Shown here in pieces: positions 37,011 through 49,364 of a stretch of 64,000 nucleotides of DNA. The DNA is taken from assembly GCA_034780895.1 (NCBI GenBank), contig JAUZTB010000118.1:71080604-71144603 (forward strand). Reading direction: 5' to 3'. The DNA is from Rhynchobatus australiae (Eukaryota). The notes below the pieces were generated by a model that did not search any database, had not been told where the DNA came from, and was given only the letters and a program-made list of their open reading frames with translations. Within the stretch, counting starts at the first letter, position 1; every line of letters starts with the position of its first letter. The translations under genes were made by a program, and so were the position numbers.

Positions 37011-39949
37011 ATCTGAAGACAACAGTTAGACATAGAGATAAAGACACAGAGCCTGAGTGACACGAGGCACATATGAGCTATTGGATAACAGGAAAAAGAT
37101 GACCGGGGGATAAGGAAGGCTATCAGGGGTAGGATTTCACCCAGCTCACCTCCCAACAGAGCGAAGAGGAAATGTCTGACTGCACAGACAACAAGGGAAT
37201 CGCTGATTCAGGAAGACATTCATGACTTTCAGTGGCCTGATCACACTTATAATTTTTTACTGTCTATGTGTTGGAGGAGGGGTGTCATCAGCTATAAAAG
37301 CCATTCTGTGAGGTCAGCTACTGCCTGCCTGATGCAAGACAACCCCTTTGCTGCATTTGGCTATGCTTAACTTCTGGTAACTGAGCTCCAATCAGAAGAC
37401 TGTTTAAGGACCCACACTGGAGCAAACAGCACGTGACCAGGGCAGGTAGCTGATGATATTTGGGGGAAAGACAGACCTATCCCACAATAATTTCTTATAT
37501 CCTACTGTACATATGACACTGTATTTTACACTTCAGTGAATGAATCACTGATCATTTGCTTGATAGCAACATCCTGTATTCCCTGAGCAGTGTCATCTTG
37601 CTTGCTTAACTGTGATTGCTGTACAGAACGTACTTTCCTTGAAACTGCTCTGCATGTGTAAACACTGGTCAAACTCCTTTAGACTGCTGCTCAACATCAA
37701 TGGCAGTTAGTTAGCATCATAGCCACAGCACATAACATAATGATCAAAATATCCTTCAATGGGTAAGGAGATGCATTGAAAGATTAACAGTTCAGCAAGT
37801 GAAGTCCACAATTATTCAGCAAACAACAATCTCCCATGAGACTCAAATGAGGATCATGATAAGCCATTGCACCAATTGACCACTTCAAGGTGCACAACTG
37901 ATGGAATATTAGCGGTGGAAGGATCACTTTTCAGTCAGCTCACAACAACTGGATCTGATCAATACGGCATCACACTTTGTTTCACAAATCATCAGTTCCT
38001 GCCAACACTCATGTAATCCTGTCCCTTTCAATCCCCTGCTGGTGGCCAACAATGCAGTAAAATAGAGCAGGTATTTCATCTCATACAACCTCCTTCAAAC
38101 TCCTGTAATCAGAAAGAGTCCCTTCCTCAGAGGTACTCAAGTTACCAAATCTAAAAGCAAACCAAGCAGGAATAAGAATCACAAGGTCGTAATCAACCTT
38201 ACACTGGGGGAGTGGGAGGTGTGGGGTCAGATGCAATCAATACTGGGAGAACATGGAAGCTGTGATAAGATTCTAAATACTTCATAGTCTTGTGGAGACT
38301 ACAGTGATGCTACAACTTTTGGGGGAAAAATCACTACTAAATATATAGATGCAGTCAAGGTTTAGTTTGAGCACATTCATATGACACACATACTGTTAGC
38401 AACCTTTCCTCATGAGGCATTGCAGGGTATGCAATAATTTAGTGCTAATAGTATATTTAATGGTGCAGCAATGATTCACCAGTGTGAATTATCACTGCAT
38501 CATTAGGTACATCATTGGAAGTAAATTTAAATACTTTCAATAGTTCTTGTAATTGATAATAATTCTCAACGGTGAAAAATCAAAATTATAGAATCACTGA
38601 AATTATCACATATCTCAGTAAAATAATATACCTTGGTGCCTTTCCTATTTAATGACCTTGATCATAGGTCTAGAAATCATTGTATGACAGCAGTCTGGCT
38701 GTCGGAAGGCTGGTCCCTTTCACTTTGGATCTACACAGATTTTGTTGATGACCCAGCATAAGCTAATGCCCCATATGGGCCAGCGTCAGTCTGCTGCCTG
38801 GGACCCATTGAAGCAGCAGTCTGGGACAGCTGGCTGAGGGACATGGGTGAGCATGCTGCCTATGAGGCTGTGTTGGGAGGTGAGGTTGCTGAAGTTTCAT
38901 TCCAGGTGAACTGTCAGGGGACTGGTCAGACCACAGAGTTCCACCATAGTTTCAAACTGCAGAACCTGGAGCTGAGTCAGTTAACCAACCCTGAATCATT
39001 GGTGTGTGGTTCCTGCTGCCTTCACTCCTCTCCTCAGAGTCAGCTTTCTGTAATATCTTGACAGGACAGTGTACAGTGTATTTTCCAAAATGTTTTCTTG
39101 ATTCAACAATATCATTAGTATCAAGTGATGCTGCTTACGTAAGTTGAGGGCAAGATGAAAGAATTCTCAAAATAAAAAAACTGATATGCATGATGTTGAT
39201 ATCTTTCAGGGTGATGCCATTTTTCTTAGGGCGTTGCATACCTATGTAATGACTAATCTGTCCACCAGAGAGCCACCACATGGCCTGTAGCGGCAGGACA
39301 TTTATAAACCAGCTTGAGGAGGTATAGGGTTATATCAGTCTTCGGAGGCTGGACCACGGTAGCCATCACTCGCATTTTGTCAAACACACACCTAAGAAGC
39401 AGGCAAGGTATTTTCTTCATGTTTGTGTTTACTGAGGGGAAATATTTAGACTAAGCACATTGAACACTTTCCAACCTCATACCATAGGAACCATTAGAAA
39501 TTAATTTACAGATAATGTAAATTGCCATAATATCCTTTATGCATGAGGCAGATTAATGTTATTGGCAAGAACTAATGGAACTTCCATATGCTTTGGGATG
39601 TAGATGAGCCCAATAGAATTAACAAGAAGGAACCCAGGTAATGTCAACACTCTTATTTCATATAGGCTGAAGACACTCAATTAAAGGTGCAATTGCATTG
39701 ATTGTGCCAAATAATTCTTCAAAACATAGTGCTTAGCAAAGCCTTGATTTAAGTAATCTAACTTGTTCCTCAGATTGTTACTGTTTTCTGTTCCTTATTT
39801 CATGGGACTCAGGCAATCTTGAGACTTGGCTGGGTTGAACAGTAGTGCTCCAAGATTTGTCCAGGGATCTAAATCACTGCTTGGGGATATCATGTGTGGC
39901 CACAATGGAGCTAAAATATAATTCATTTCAGATGTTTCGCTTACTTACG

Positions 39950-40265
39950 TAAAAGTCACAGCAGGTCATTTAGCGCATCCCAGCAGAACAGTCCCATCAG
40001 TTCCATGCCCCAGTCCTTATTTTTCTTGTAGCTCTGCAAAGTTTTTTCTCACACATGACCTTTGATTCTTTTGCCAGTCTCTTAATTAAGGGGTAATTTA
40101 CAAATAACCAATTAATTTACCAGCACTTGGGATGCAGGAGGAAACTAGAGCAAATGGCAGAAACCCACATGGTTATGGAGAGACCATGCAAGCTTGATAA
40201 AGACAGTGAACCCAGGTCCTGGAGCTATGAGCCAGCAGCACTAACTGCTCCACCACAGTGCCTCC
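39950..40265 (-). mobile_element. Older HE1-like V-SINE
   Basis: gggatgcaggaggaaactagagcaaatggcagaaacccacatgg is the reverse complement of a decayed V-domain. The head is gaacccaggtcctggagct..agcactaactgctccaccacagtgc. Confidence 0.7.
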
Positions 40266-41127
40266 TCTCACGAACATACTTGGTTCTGCTGCAACTTCCG
40301 AGCACATCCTTGGCCTCAAGAGTAATATGGACAAATACCAAGTGTAGAAAGCTTAATTTGTCATTCAGCTTTGGATAAAATTGGTGTTTGTTAAGAAGCA
40401 TTCTCAAATCTGGATGTAACTTTAATTGGCAAGTGAACAGTTACAAATAGGAAATTTTACTTTCCTTCTTACTCCCATCAGTAAACCATAAATAACAATT
40501 TAATCCTGTGTGCAAAAGTTCCAGCAGACGCAAATAAATAAAAATGAGATCCAATAACATCACTGGAACACTGGCATTATTGAGCAGTCTGCTCAGTTGA
40601 ACCTGATAGATTCACCACAAAAAAAGAATGGAAGAATTTCTTAAAGGAACACCCACATGCAGCATTTGGGATATACTGAAATCGCTGAGCTTTTGTCATC
40701 AATAAATTGTAAAGATATTCCAGAGCCTGGAAATGGCTTTATTTTGATCTGTCTGCTTTAGTCAACCATTTTAAGCATTCCCAGCTTATCATAGTGCAGT
40801 TTTGATACTTAATTCCAGAAAAAAGTTGGAGGCAGATGAATTTTCAAGATCTCAGAATGAGAATGATCACAGCCACGAAGATGTCTTCATATAAAAAGGG
40901 GTGGCTAGTCTCAATCAGCACAGATTAGGTTGAACATCTGCAGTATGCACATTATCACCAGCAATGACTNNNNNNNNNNNNNNNNNNNNNNNNNNNNNNN
41001 NNNNNNNNNNNNNNNNNNNNNNNNNNNNNNNNNNNNNNNNNNNNNNNNNNNNNNNNNNNNNNNNNNNNNGTATGCAATGTCCGAGTGAGAGAGAACATGA
41101 GCAAAAAGGTACTTGCGTTGTGTGGAG

Positions 41128-41335
41128 CTCACTTCGACATATCCAGTTAAATGGTAAATCACTTCCAGCAGTGTTCCATGGTGCAGGGATTCTCACTCCT
41201 GATCAAAACTACTCCAGCCGCTACCACCCAGGCTCTTCTAATGATGACTCTGGAGTGTTCCTTGCATCCTGGCCCCACTAGGACCTCTCTATCATGCTGG
41301 TGAAATGCGGAGCTCTCCCTTTCCCTGCATTACTT
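41128..41335 (-). pseudogene. Harbinger Myb/SANT-like DNA-binding protein, first-exon fossil
   Basis: Minus strand: GRAPHFT...DREVLVGPGCKEHSRVIIRRAWVVAAGVV..SENPCTMEHCWK.F..LT, ending at a GTGAG donor. This fits the Myb/SANT pattern RAPxF...AWxxVA...RTxxQCRKxFxDL. Confidence 0.65.
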
Positions 41336-42375
41336 CCTTACTCAATTGGCATCATGATTGTGTGCTGTGGCTGCCTGGCTGCCAAGGGAAGTGTGCCTTT
41401 AAGGGCTAACGATCTTGTATGATTGGTACATTGGAGAGGGGTAGCAGCTGCACTAAGTTGGGCAAAGTTCTGTCAGAGGAACTAAGCAGGTCCCTTCTAA
41501 ACAAATGTTTCTGGACATAAAACAGCCCAGCACTGTTTCAAACATCCTTGTGGATAATTTTATGTTTTTTTTGCAGCAAAAACAGGTGTATGCAACATGG
41601 GTTTAGTGAACCAAAAATAGGGGAAAATTCAATTTTTAAGCTATTAAAGTACAGACTGAAAGAGAACAAAGTATATGTATCTGCCAGCATATATATATAA
41701 AACTGCATTGTGCTAGTATAAATTTAAAGAGCACAGCTGAAAATATTCTACTGATGACATCAATAAAATATCTAAAGAATCACAATAAATTTTATAAACA
41801 CACAGGTAACAGTGACAGTAAAGTTTAAGGAGGTAACCCAGAGAAGACATTCTGAAAACTGGGAGATTATGGAAATACTTCATATTGTAAGAGGTGCTGG
41901 CGGTGGTGGGAGACAGTGGGGTTAGAGAGGCTGACTGCAGGAATAAGGAGGTAAATACTTTGAATCAAAGGCTTTGATTAGAAAAATTTGGAGGAAAAGA
42001 ATTACCATCAATCACTGGAGGCTGGGAATTTGCAGAAATTCCATTGCTATTTTGCTTTTAGAAAACAAATTATAGTGTCACATTCACTGGTTTTGCAGAG
42101 TGGCGTAGGGGTTACAGGCAAAATTAAGTGAAAGTGGAAATGATTTTTCAGATCCAAAAAAGCAGTATGCAAGGCTATTTCTTCCAATACTCCCCCTTTG
42201 CAATGCAAGCAGACATGAAGACATAGTATGCTACAAATAAATGTAAAATATCCTACACACAATAGAATCAATCTATCTCAAAATGTCCCATAAATAAATT
42301 TTTAAGCAGAAACCTCATAAATGACTGGTCTGCTCAGCAGCTAATGGCACTTTCACACATAAATACAGTAGTAGT

Positions 42376-42379
<4 letters not shown>

Positions 42380-42417
<38 letters not shown>
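42380..42417. repeat. (CA)n microsatellite
   Basis: Directly visible. Confidence 0.95.
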
Positions 42418-42419
<2 letters not shown>

Positions 42420-42481
42420 CAGGTAGGCACATGCACAGACATGCCTGTACCTTAACTGAAAAGTTTTAGGGAGGATCATTA

Positions 42482-42772
42482 GGGCAGGCACAGTAGTGTA
42501 GCAGTTAGCGTAACGCTTTACAGCACCAGCAACCCGGGTTCAATTCCGACCACTGTTTGTAAGGAGTTTGTATGTTCTCCCTGTGTCTGTCTGGGTTTCC
42601 TCCGGGTGTTCCAGTTTCCTCCCACATTCCAAAGACGTACGAGTTAGGAAGTTGTGGGCATGCTATGTTGGTGCCGGAAGCGTGGCGACACTTGTGGGCT
42701 GCCCCCAGAACACTCTACGCAAAAATGCATTTCACTGTGTGTTTCGATGTACATGTGACTAATAAAGATGTC
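42482..42772 (+). mobile_element. Full-length tRNA-derived V-SINE (HE1-like)
   Basis: A-box tagtgtagcagttag, B-box gggttcaattcc (42536-42547), V-domain gggtttcctccgggtgttccagtttcctcccacattccaaagac, tail tttcactgtg...gtacatgtgactaataaa. Confidence 0.9.
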
Positions 42773-43021
42773 TTGTGTTATAACATGTGAATGACTAAGG
42801 TTTGACTTGCATATATGTTAATCCAATTACTCCCACTCTTTCTCCTCCTCATTCACCCCACACTCCCAATCCCACAACAATCTACTGAAATAATTGTCAT
42901 ACTTGGCCTGAAGACATTCACTTTGTTTTCACCCCCAGTGTGGAATACCATGCAAGGTGGACAAGGATATAAACAATATTTTTTAAAGAAAAATGTGGTT
43001 TGTCATTTTTGCGTCATTTAC

Positions 43022-43503
43022 ATCAGAACTGTAGAACAATACAGCACACTACAGGCCCTTCAGCCCACCATGTTGTGCCACCCTTCAACCCACACCTAAG
43101 ACTATCTCACCCCCTTCTTCCCACATATCCCTCTGTCTTAAATTCCTCCATATGCTTATCTAACAATTTCTTGAACTTGACCAATGTATCAGCCTCCACC
43201 ACCACACCAGCCAGTACATTCTGTGCACCAACCGCTCTCTGGGTGGAAAAACCTCCCTCTGACATCTCCCTTGAACTTCCCATCCATTAGCTTAAAGCCA
43301 TATCCTCTTGTTTTGAGCGTTGGTGCCCTGGGAAAGAGGTGCTAGCTGCCCACTCTATTCCTCTTAATATCTTGTATACCTCTATCGTATCTCCCCTCAT
43401 CTCCTTTCCAATGAGTAAAGCCCTAACTCCTTTAGTCTCTCCCCATAATCCATACTCTCTAATCCAGGCAGCATCCTGGTAAATCTCCTCTGCACCCTTT
43501 CCA
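43022..43503 (-). mobile_element. CR1 LINE 3' end
   Basis: Minus strand: RVQRRFTRMLPGLESMDYGE..MRGDTIEVYKILRGI, plus the CR1 tail. Confidence 0.9.
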
Positions 43504-43603
43504 NNNNNNNNNNNNNNNNNNNNNNNNNNNNNNNNNNNNNNNNNNNNNNNNNNNNNNNNNNNNNNNNNNNNNNNNNNNNNNNNNNNNNNNNNNNNNNNNN
43601 NNN

Positions 43604-43712
43604 GGCGCCGGAAGCGTGGCGACACTTGTGGGCTGCCCCCAGAACACTCTACGCAAAAGATGCATTTCACTGTGTGTTTTAATGTACACGTGACTAATAC
43701 AGATATCTTATC
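43604..43712 (+). mobile_element. 3' half of the same V-SINE family as 42482-42772
   Basis: Near-identical to 42671-42770. Confidence 0.9.
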
Positions 43713-45349
43713 CATTTTTAATGGATTTCTATGCTCGTGCTACAGGAATCCTTCCAGTAACCAGTAATAAATAGTTCTGTCAAAACTATTTAATGCCAAC
43801 TGGACTTTACTAGACCAAGTATTCTGAAAACTAACTCTACTACTTAGATAAACCACATACAATAATTTACAGTAGAATGTAACTGATTTCTTTGGATTAC
43901 GCTATAAAGGAGACATAATTATTTTCAATAATAAAAAATAACAATGCTACAAATCCCTTACATAGTTATCCACCCTACATGGAGACTTTATACTGGTAAC
44001 ATGATTAGTACTGATTTGTTATAATGCTCTTGGTCTTCCAGTCCAAACATGCACAGGTGTGTACCCCGCTGCACTTTTAAGACACCTGCTTGGATTGCCC
44101 CCTACCATGCCAGAAACTTGGTGGAAATTCCTCTGCTCTGCTGGTGCTTCCTCAGTGCCCTATTCCCTCACAGCTTGAAATGGAGAAGCCACCTTTGAGG
44201 ACTGGTGTTAGGCAGGCTAGGGTACGCACTGCAGCTGCTCAGCATTGAAATGTGGGGCTCAAAGCTGCCCCTTGGCAGGCAAACTGAGTGCACTTATTGC
44301 TGAGGACTTAAAATACCCGCTTTGTGTATTGACAGGCCTCCTGGATCCTCCAGTCTCTCTCATCACCTCCTGTTGGATCCAAGTGAAACTGCTGCTTCCT
44401 CTTCTCTGTATGGCTACACAGCTCTCCCAAAGTGGGTATTTCTCTATGGTAAGAACTTGTACGATGGTCAGTTGTCCTTGTTACCATAGACAAATATCAC
44501 TGAGGTATCAGCGTGCACAAACCACAAGGGAAAATATCCTTATACCTCGAAGCATAAAAATAGATTTAAAATTTCATGCATTTTTAAAAAATATAGCTGT
44601 AAAGTTAGTGGAGATTCATTTATGTCTTCTATGAACTTCTAAATTGATACCGAACTGACACACTTCTATAATGATGTAATTGTGTTTTATTAACAATGCC
44701 TTTTAAATAAAAGTTGCAGCTAATGGCACTACAGGTCAGCAACCAACATGATATATTATGCACATATGGAAAATGAGTAGCTTCCATCAGAATCCAAACA
44801 TCAAATGTAAAAAAAACAAATGGTTGTTTAATAGTTTTGTTACAAAGTTTACATTTAATTTTTAAAAGCAGAAACTCGAGACCTCAGACCTAGCAGGCAG
44901 CAGGGAAGACCCAGCCTTCCTACACAATAGGTCCTTGACTAACACCACAGTTAAGTTCTTGGATACTGCATTGTTAAGTGAAATAATGCTAATTAGATGC
45001 TTCTCTCAGGTCAGGCAGAATTAGAAGATAAGTGACTAAAGTGGGGTGGGGCAGAAGTGAGGTGGGGGGAGGTATGTAGGGGAGTGAGGGCATGGTTTGT
45101 GGCAGATGAGGGTGTGCAGAGACCTGAGAGCTGAAAGGCAGAGGATAGGGTGAAAGACAGAAGGTAAATATGGCACTTACCCTGCAGGGTCCCAGTCTGG
45201 CTCTGCACTGGGAGCTCAGAGTAATGGCTGGGCAGCTGACTGCTGTCACCCAGTTGCAACAAAGACATAATAGTGAGTTCAGGCAATGAAAAGTGAACCT
45301 TAAGTCACTAATAGCTCGCAACATAATAATAACAATGGATGACTTTAAT

Positions 45350-45895
45350 GACCATCTGTCTGCTTCTGAGATTTGGACCACCTACAGCAAGCATCTCAAG
45401 ACATATGAAAAATACCATCAATGTTGCCTCTGCAAAATCCTCCAAATTCATTGGAAGGGCAAGCAAACCAACTCCAGTGGCCTCTTACAGTCAACATCCT
45501 CAGTATTGAAGCCCTACTTACATTCAGTCAGCGACAAAACAAACTGCTGGAGGAAATCAGTGGGTCAGGCAATTCTATGTTGACCATCCATCTGCCTCCA
45601 CAGATGCTGCTTGACCCACTGAGTTCCTCCAACAGTTTGTTGTTTGTCCAGATTACAGCATCTAGTCTTTTATGTCTCAGTCAGCTACATTGGGCTGGCC
45701 ATATCATTCATATGCCTGACACCAGGCTCCTGAAACAGACACTCTATTTCGATCTCTGTCAATGGGAAGAGATGACCAAGGAGGATAAGATTCAAAAGGT
45801 ATGCACAAAGCTTCCTTGATGAAATGCAAGATCCTCACTGACACCTCAGAATCAAAGTAGAAAATGAGTATTCAGGATGGTATGAGAACCTTGTG
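45350..45895 (+). mobile_element. RTE-clade LINE C-terminal fragment
   Basis: SASEIWTTYSKHLKTYEKYHQCCLCKILQIHW ... SIEALLTFSQ|LHWAGHIIHMPDTRLLKQTLY are typical RTE C-terminal motifs. Confidence 0.85.
45533..45676. mobile_element. Penelope-type palindromic element nested in the RTE, with 9-bp TSD
   Basis: Inverted arms aaactgctggaggaaatcagtgggtcaggca and tgcttgacccactgagttcctccaacagttt. Flanked by tcagtcagc at 45524-45532 and 45677-45685. Confidence 0.85.
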
Positions 45896-46569
45896 GCCAA
45901 CGTTGTGGCCAATGTTAGCTGTGCAGTTACTATCATTAGATGATGCCAGATAATTGCTCATCTGAAAAATGCAGTGAATTATATGCCACAGTGGAATTTT
46001 TGTGGCCTTATGACAGTTTAAGTGGAAGTGAGTGAGCGTTCTAATATACTGTCTCTAAGTGGTCTAGCTGTTATCTACAAACAGTATAGCTATCAGAACT
46101 ATTTTGTAGACCCCAGGCTTTGATGCCAGTTTAACTGGCCTTTTATTCTAAAATCAAACCAATAGAATTTTCCAAACAAATCAGCCTACTAAATAATCTG
46201 TGGTGCATTTCACCATCTAATAATACTTCACATGACACATGCTTCCTGGATTGACAACCCTGTCCACTGCAGGCAGAGCATGTCTTTGATGGCTGTACTG
46301 AACAGTACTAAAAGCTTTTCCATGAGAAGGATGGTATTTAACTTATTTCTTAATTATAACTTCTCATTTATATTGCAAATTTCTTATAAGCAACTGAGAA
46401 ATAAACTGTGGAGGATTGTGGAAGAACTCCTTTATATGAGCAACGAGAGTACAGTCATGGGTAATGTAAGTTTACAGATGAGCTTTTCCCCCCCAGAGGT
46501 TTTAATTTTGGCCAGGAGCAGAGATTTGAAAATTTGCCATTTTTTCATGAAGACTAGTATTCATACAAT

Positions 46570-46700
46570 GCTTTTAATGATATTAGGAAACCCCAAAGCA
46601 CTTCACTACCATGAACTAAGTTTGAATTTTAGTTACTACTGTAATGTAGGAAGCTGGCAGTTTATTTGCATAATGCAAGTTCCTTCACACAGTTTTAGTT
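46570..46700 (-). mobile_element. Deu-SINE/L2-type 3' tail
   Basis: ccccaaagcacttcactaccatgaact...tagttactactgtaatgtaggaa is the reverse complement of the tail at 29905-30060. Confidence 0.5.
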
Positions 46701-49364
46701 GCAAATTCAAGTGAATTAAATTGGGTGTCAGTTTTTTGTGCTATGATTAGTAATGGCAATTGTATTTTAAAAAGATAACNNNNNNNNNNNNNNNNNNNNN
46801 NNNNNNNNNNNNNCTTAAGAAACTGTTTAAACAGTTAAAGATCCACGGTTTAAGAGTCCATCATAATTAAGAAAAGCAAAGGTGTATGATGTCAAAGTTA
46901 CAGCAGATTAATTGCCAAATTCCAGGACAAAATGAAAAGCAATAATAAACTCAATTTTGTCAGAGATTGTGACCACACTATTAAAGATTGTGCAAAGCAA
47001 ATATCTGATCCTGTCACCAGGTTATTTAAAAAGGCTACTAGAAGTGGGCTTCAAACTGGAAGCCAGACAATTAATAATTGGTAGGTATTCGCAAAATTCC
47101 ATTGGTAGAGAATAAAACTTTCTGGGACACCTCTGTGCAAATTGAAATAGCTCTGTTCAATTTGCCAACAAGTAGGGAGATTTTTACACTAAGTCCTCTT
47201 GCCTTTATGACTTCACAGTAATTCTGCAGATCAGAACCATGGTAATTATATATCCATCATGGAATTAGAATACCATAATTCAGAACTATCTGTCTCTCAT
47301 TTATGCCATTAGCAGTGAGGGGCACACAAAAGGACCAGTGTATCCCCAGCTTCCAGAGGCATTTATATTTTTAAAAGATTAGGTTTTTCCCTTCTGAAAT
47401 TATCTGTACCACAGAAACACAATGTTACATTTTTGTTTAAGTCTAAATCTGTCACTATCAATGGAATTTCATTGGATACAATTCTTGATTTGAATTTTCT
47501 TCAAGCATTTGCTACCTCAATGGTAGATGACTGCTGTGAACTGGGCAGGGGAAGTGGGAACAATGCTGTCTGATTACTTTTCATCTTGTTTTTTTAAAAC
47601 TTTTCCATTTACTCAGCCTATTAACTAATAGAATGAATAAGCCTGTTCATCAGCAAAGTCTGCTTTCCGATTTCCATCATTCATCCTACATATACATATC
47701 AAGGCAAGAAGACTTCTCTGACTTGACAAGTGCTTTGATGTCTGCCCTCTCTACTTCTAAGAGGACTTTTGCTTTGGAAACTCTCTCCTTCCTTGACATG
47801 AAAAGGGTATGCCACACATATCGAAAGCAGAGCTATCATTTTGGCAGCTGTATGTAGTTCACGTTTCACTGCCATACAGCAATATGCTAGGGATGCAGAA
47901 CTTATAGATCAGCATGTTTGTCCTAGGGGTGAGTCTGCCATTCTTACAAGCCCATTTTATTAGCCAGTTAAAGTGTATGTTGAGTCTTTAATCAAGAAAA
48001 AAATGTTACATTAGACAAAAGATAGCAANNNNNNNNNNNNNNNNNNNNNNNNNNNNNNNNNNNNNNNNNNNNNNNNNNNNNNNNNNNNNNNNNNNNNNNN
48101 NNNNNNNNNNNNNNNNNNNNNNNNNNNNAGATAGCAAAATTTGTTAAGTGTAGAGTATTTTTGAGTTTGATCATGGGCAGAGGCACAACACTCTGTCCAC
48201 TTGTTCCTGTTGCTAAGTAGTCCATTGTCTGAAGGTCTTATGGATGCAAACTTTGCTGATGGCAGATCCACATATCCTCTTAATACACTCTAAAATGGTG
48301 CAGAGCTTTCTATTGTCATCTGAAGTTGATGGCATGCTGATCCAGTACTAGTTTATATAATACCTCACTAGCTTTTGCACATCTGCCTTGTTTGGCTTTA
48401 GATCCTGTAGTATTTTGGCATTAGGAGTTAAAATGTGTGACATCTAATGTGGGCTCTTTACGACAACGAGAGGTGCCATTTCCGTGAAATGGGTCTCAGA
48501 CCCATCTTTATTCTTGTTTCTTCCTTTACCATTTACCAAATATCACAAATGAGCAAACATCCAACATCTTTAAGAAACTAGTTCCATCTTAAATGCAACT
48601 TCAACACACATCCTATCCTGCGGAGAGGATATCCTTCTTATCTTACACTAGGTAAATGGTGTGAGATTACATACAAGCTATTCAATATATTTAAGTGGTT
48701 GATAATTTTCTGAATATCTGGGTTAAAGAAGAATGTCTGACTTTTAAAAATAATTGACTAAGTAGCACGTGCAAATGCCTTCAAAGTAATAGAGGTGCAG
48801 GCATAGAGACATACAGCATGGAAACAGGTCCACTGAGTATTGACCACCCATTTATACTAATCCTACCAGCTGTGCCAATGAGCCTCCCAATGATTTGATC
48901 ATTGAGTGAACGCAAAGAATAATATAATTAACTAGCAACATTCAGCACATCCTGGATATCAATTCTTAAATTCAAACAAACTTATCCACAAGTGATATAT
49001 GTCAACACTTAGTTCATTAGCATAATGCTGAATTTTATAGCGAAATGCAATTATAACCATTTCCAGGTCACATCATGTCACAATAAAAATTTGACTAGTA
49101 TCCCTGCAAGCACAAAGCATGCTTGCACCGAAGGCACATTTTCTGTGTCGGGCCTGCACCTATTAGCATTAATCTTTATCCAGCACAGTTTCAGAGTTTT
49201 TCAGCAGAAATCAGATGCTGTTCCTGAGTACACCTATAGTTACGCTNNNNNNNNNNNNNNNNNNNNNNNNNNNNNNNNNNNNNNNNNNNNNNNNNNNNNN
49301 NNNNNNNNNNNNNNNNNNNNNNNNNNNNNNNNNNNNNNNNNNNNNNTACACCTATAGTTACGCT

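Noticed and set aside
42482-42560. tRNA gene
   Set aside because: A and B boxes are present but there is no full cloverleaf. It continues into a SINE body with several copies in the window.
46232-46714. 160-aa plus-strand ORF
   Set aside because: No recognisable domain, antisense to SNX24, and it overlaps an inverted SINE tail.
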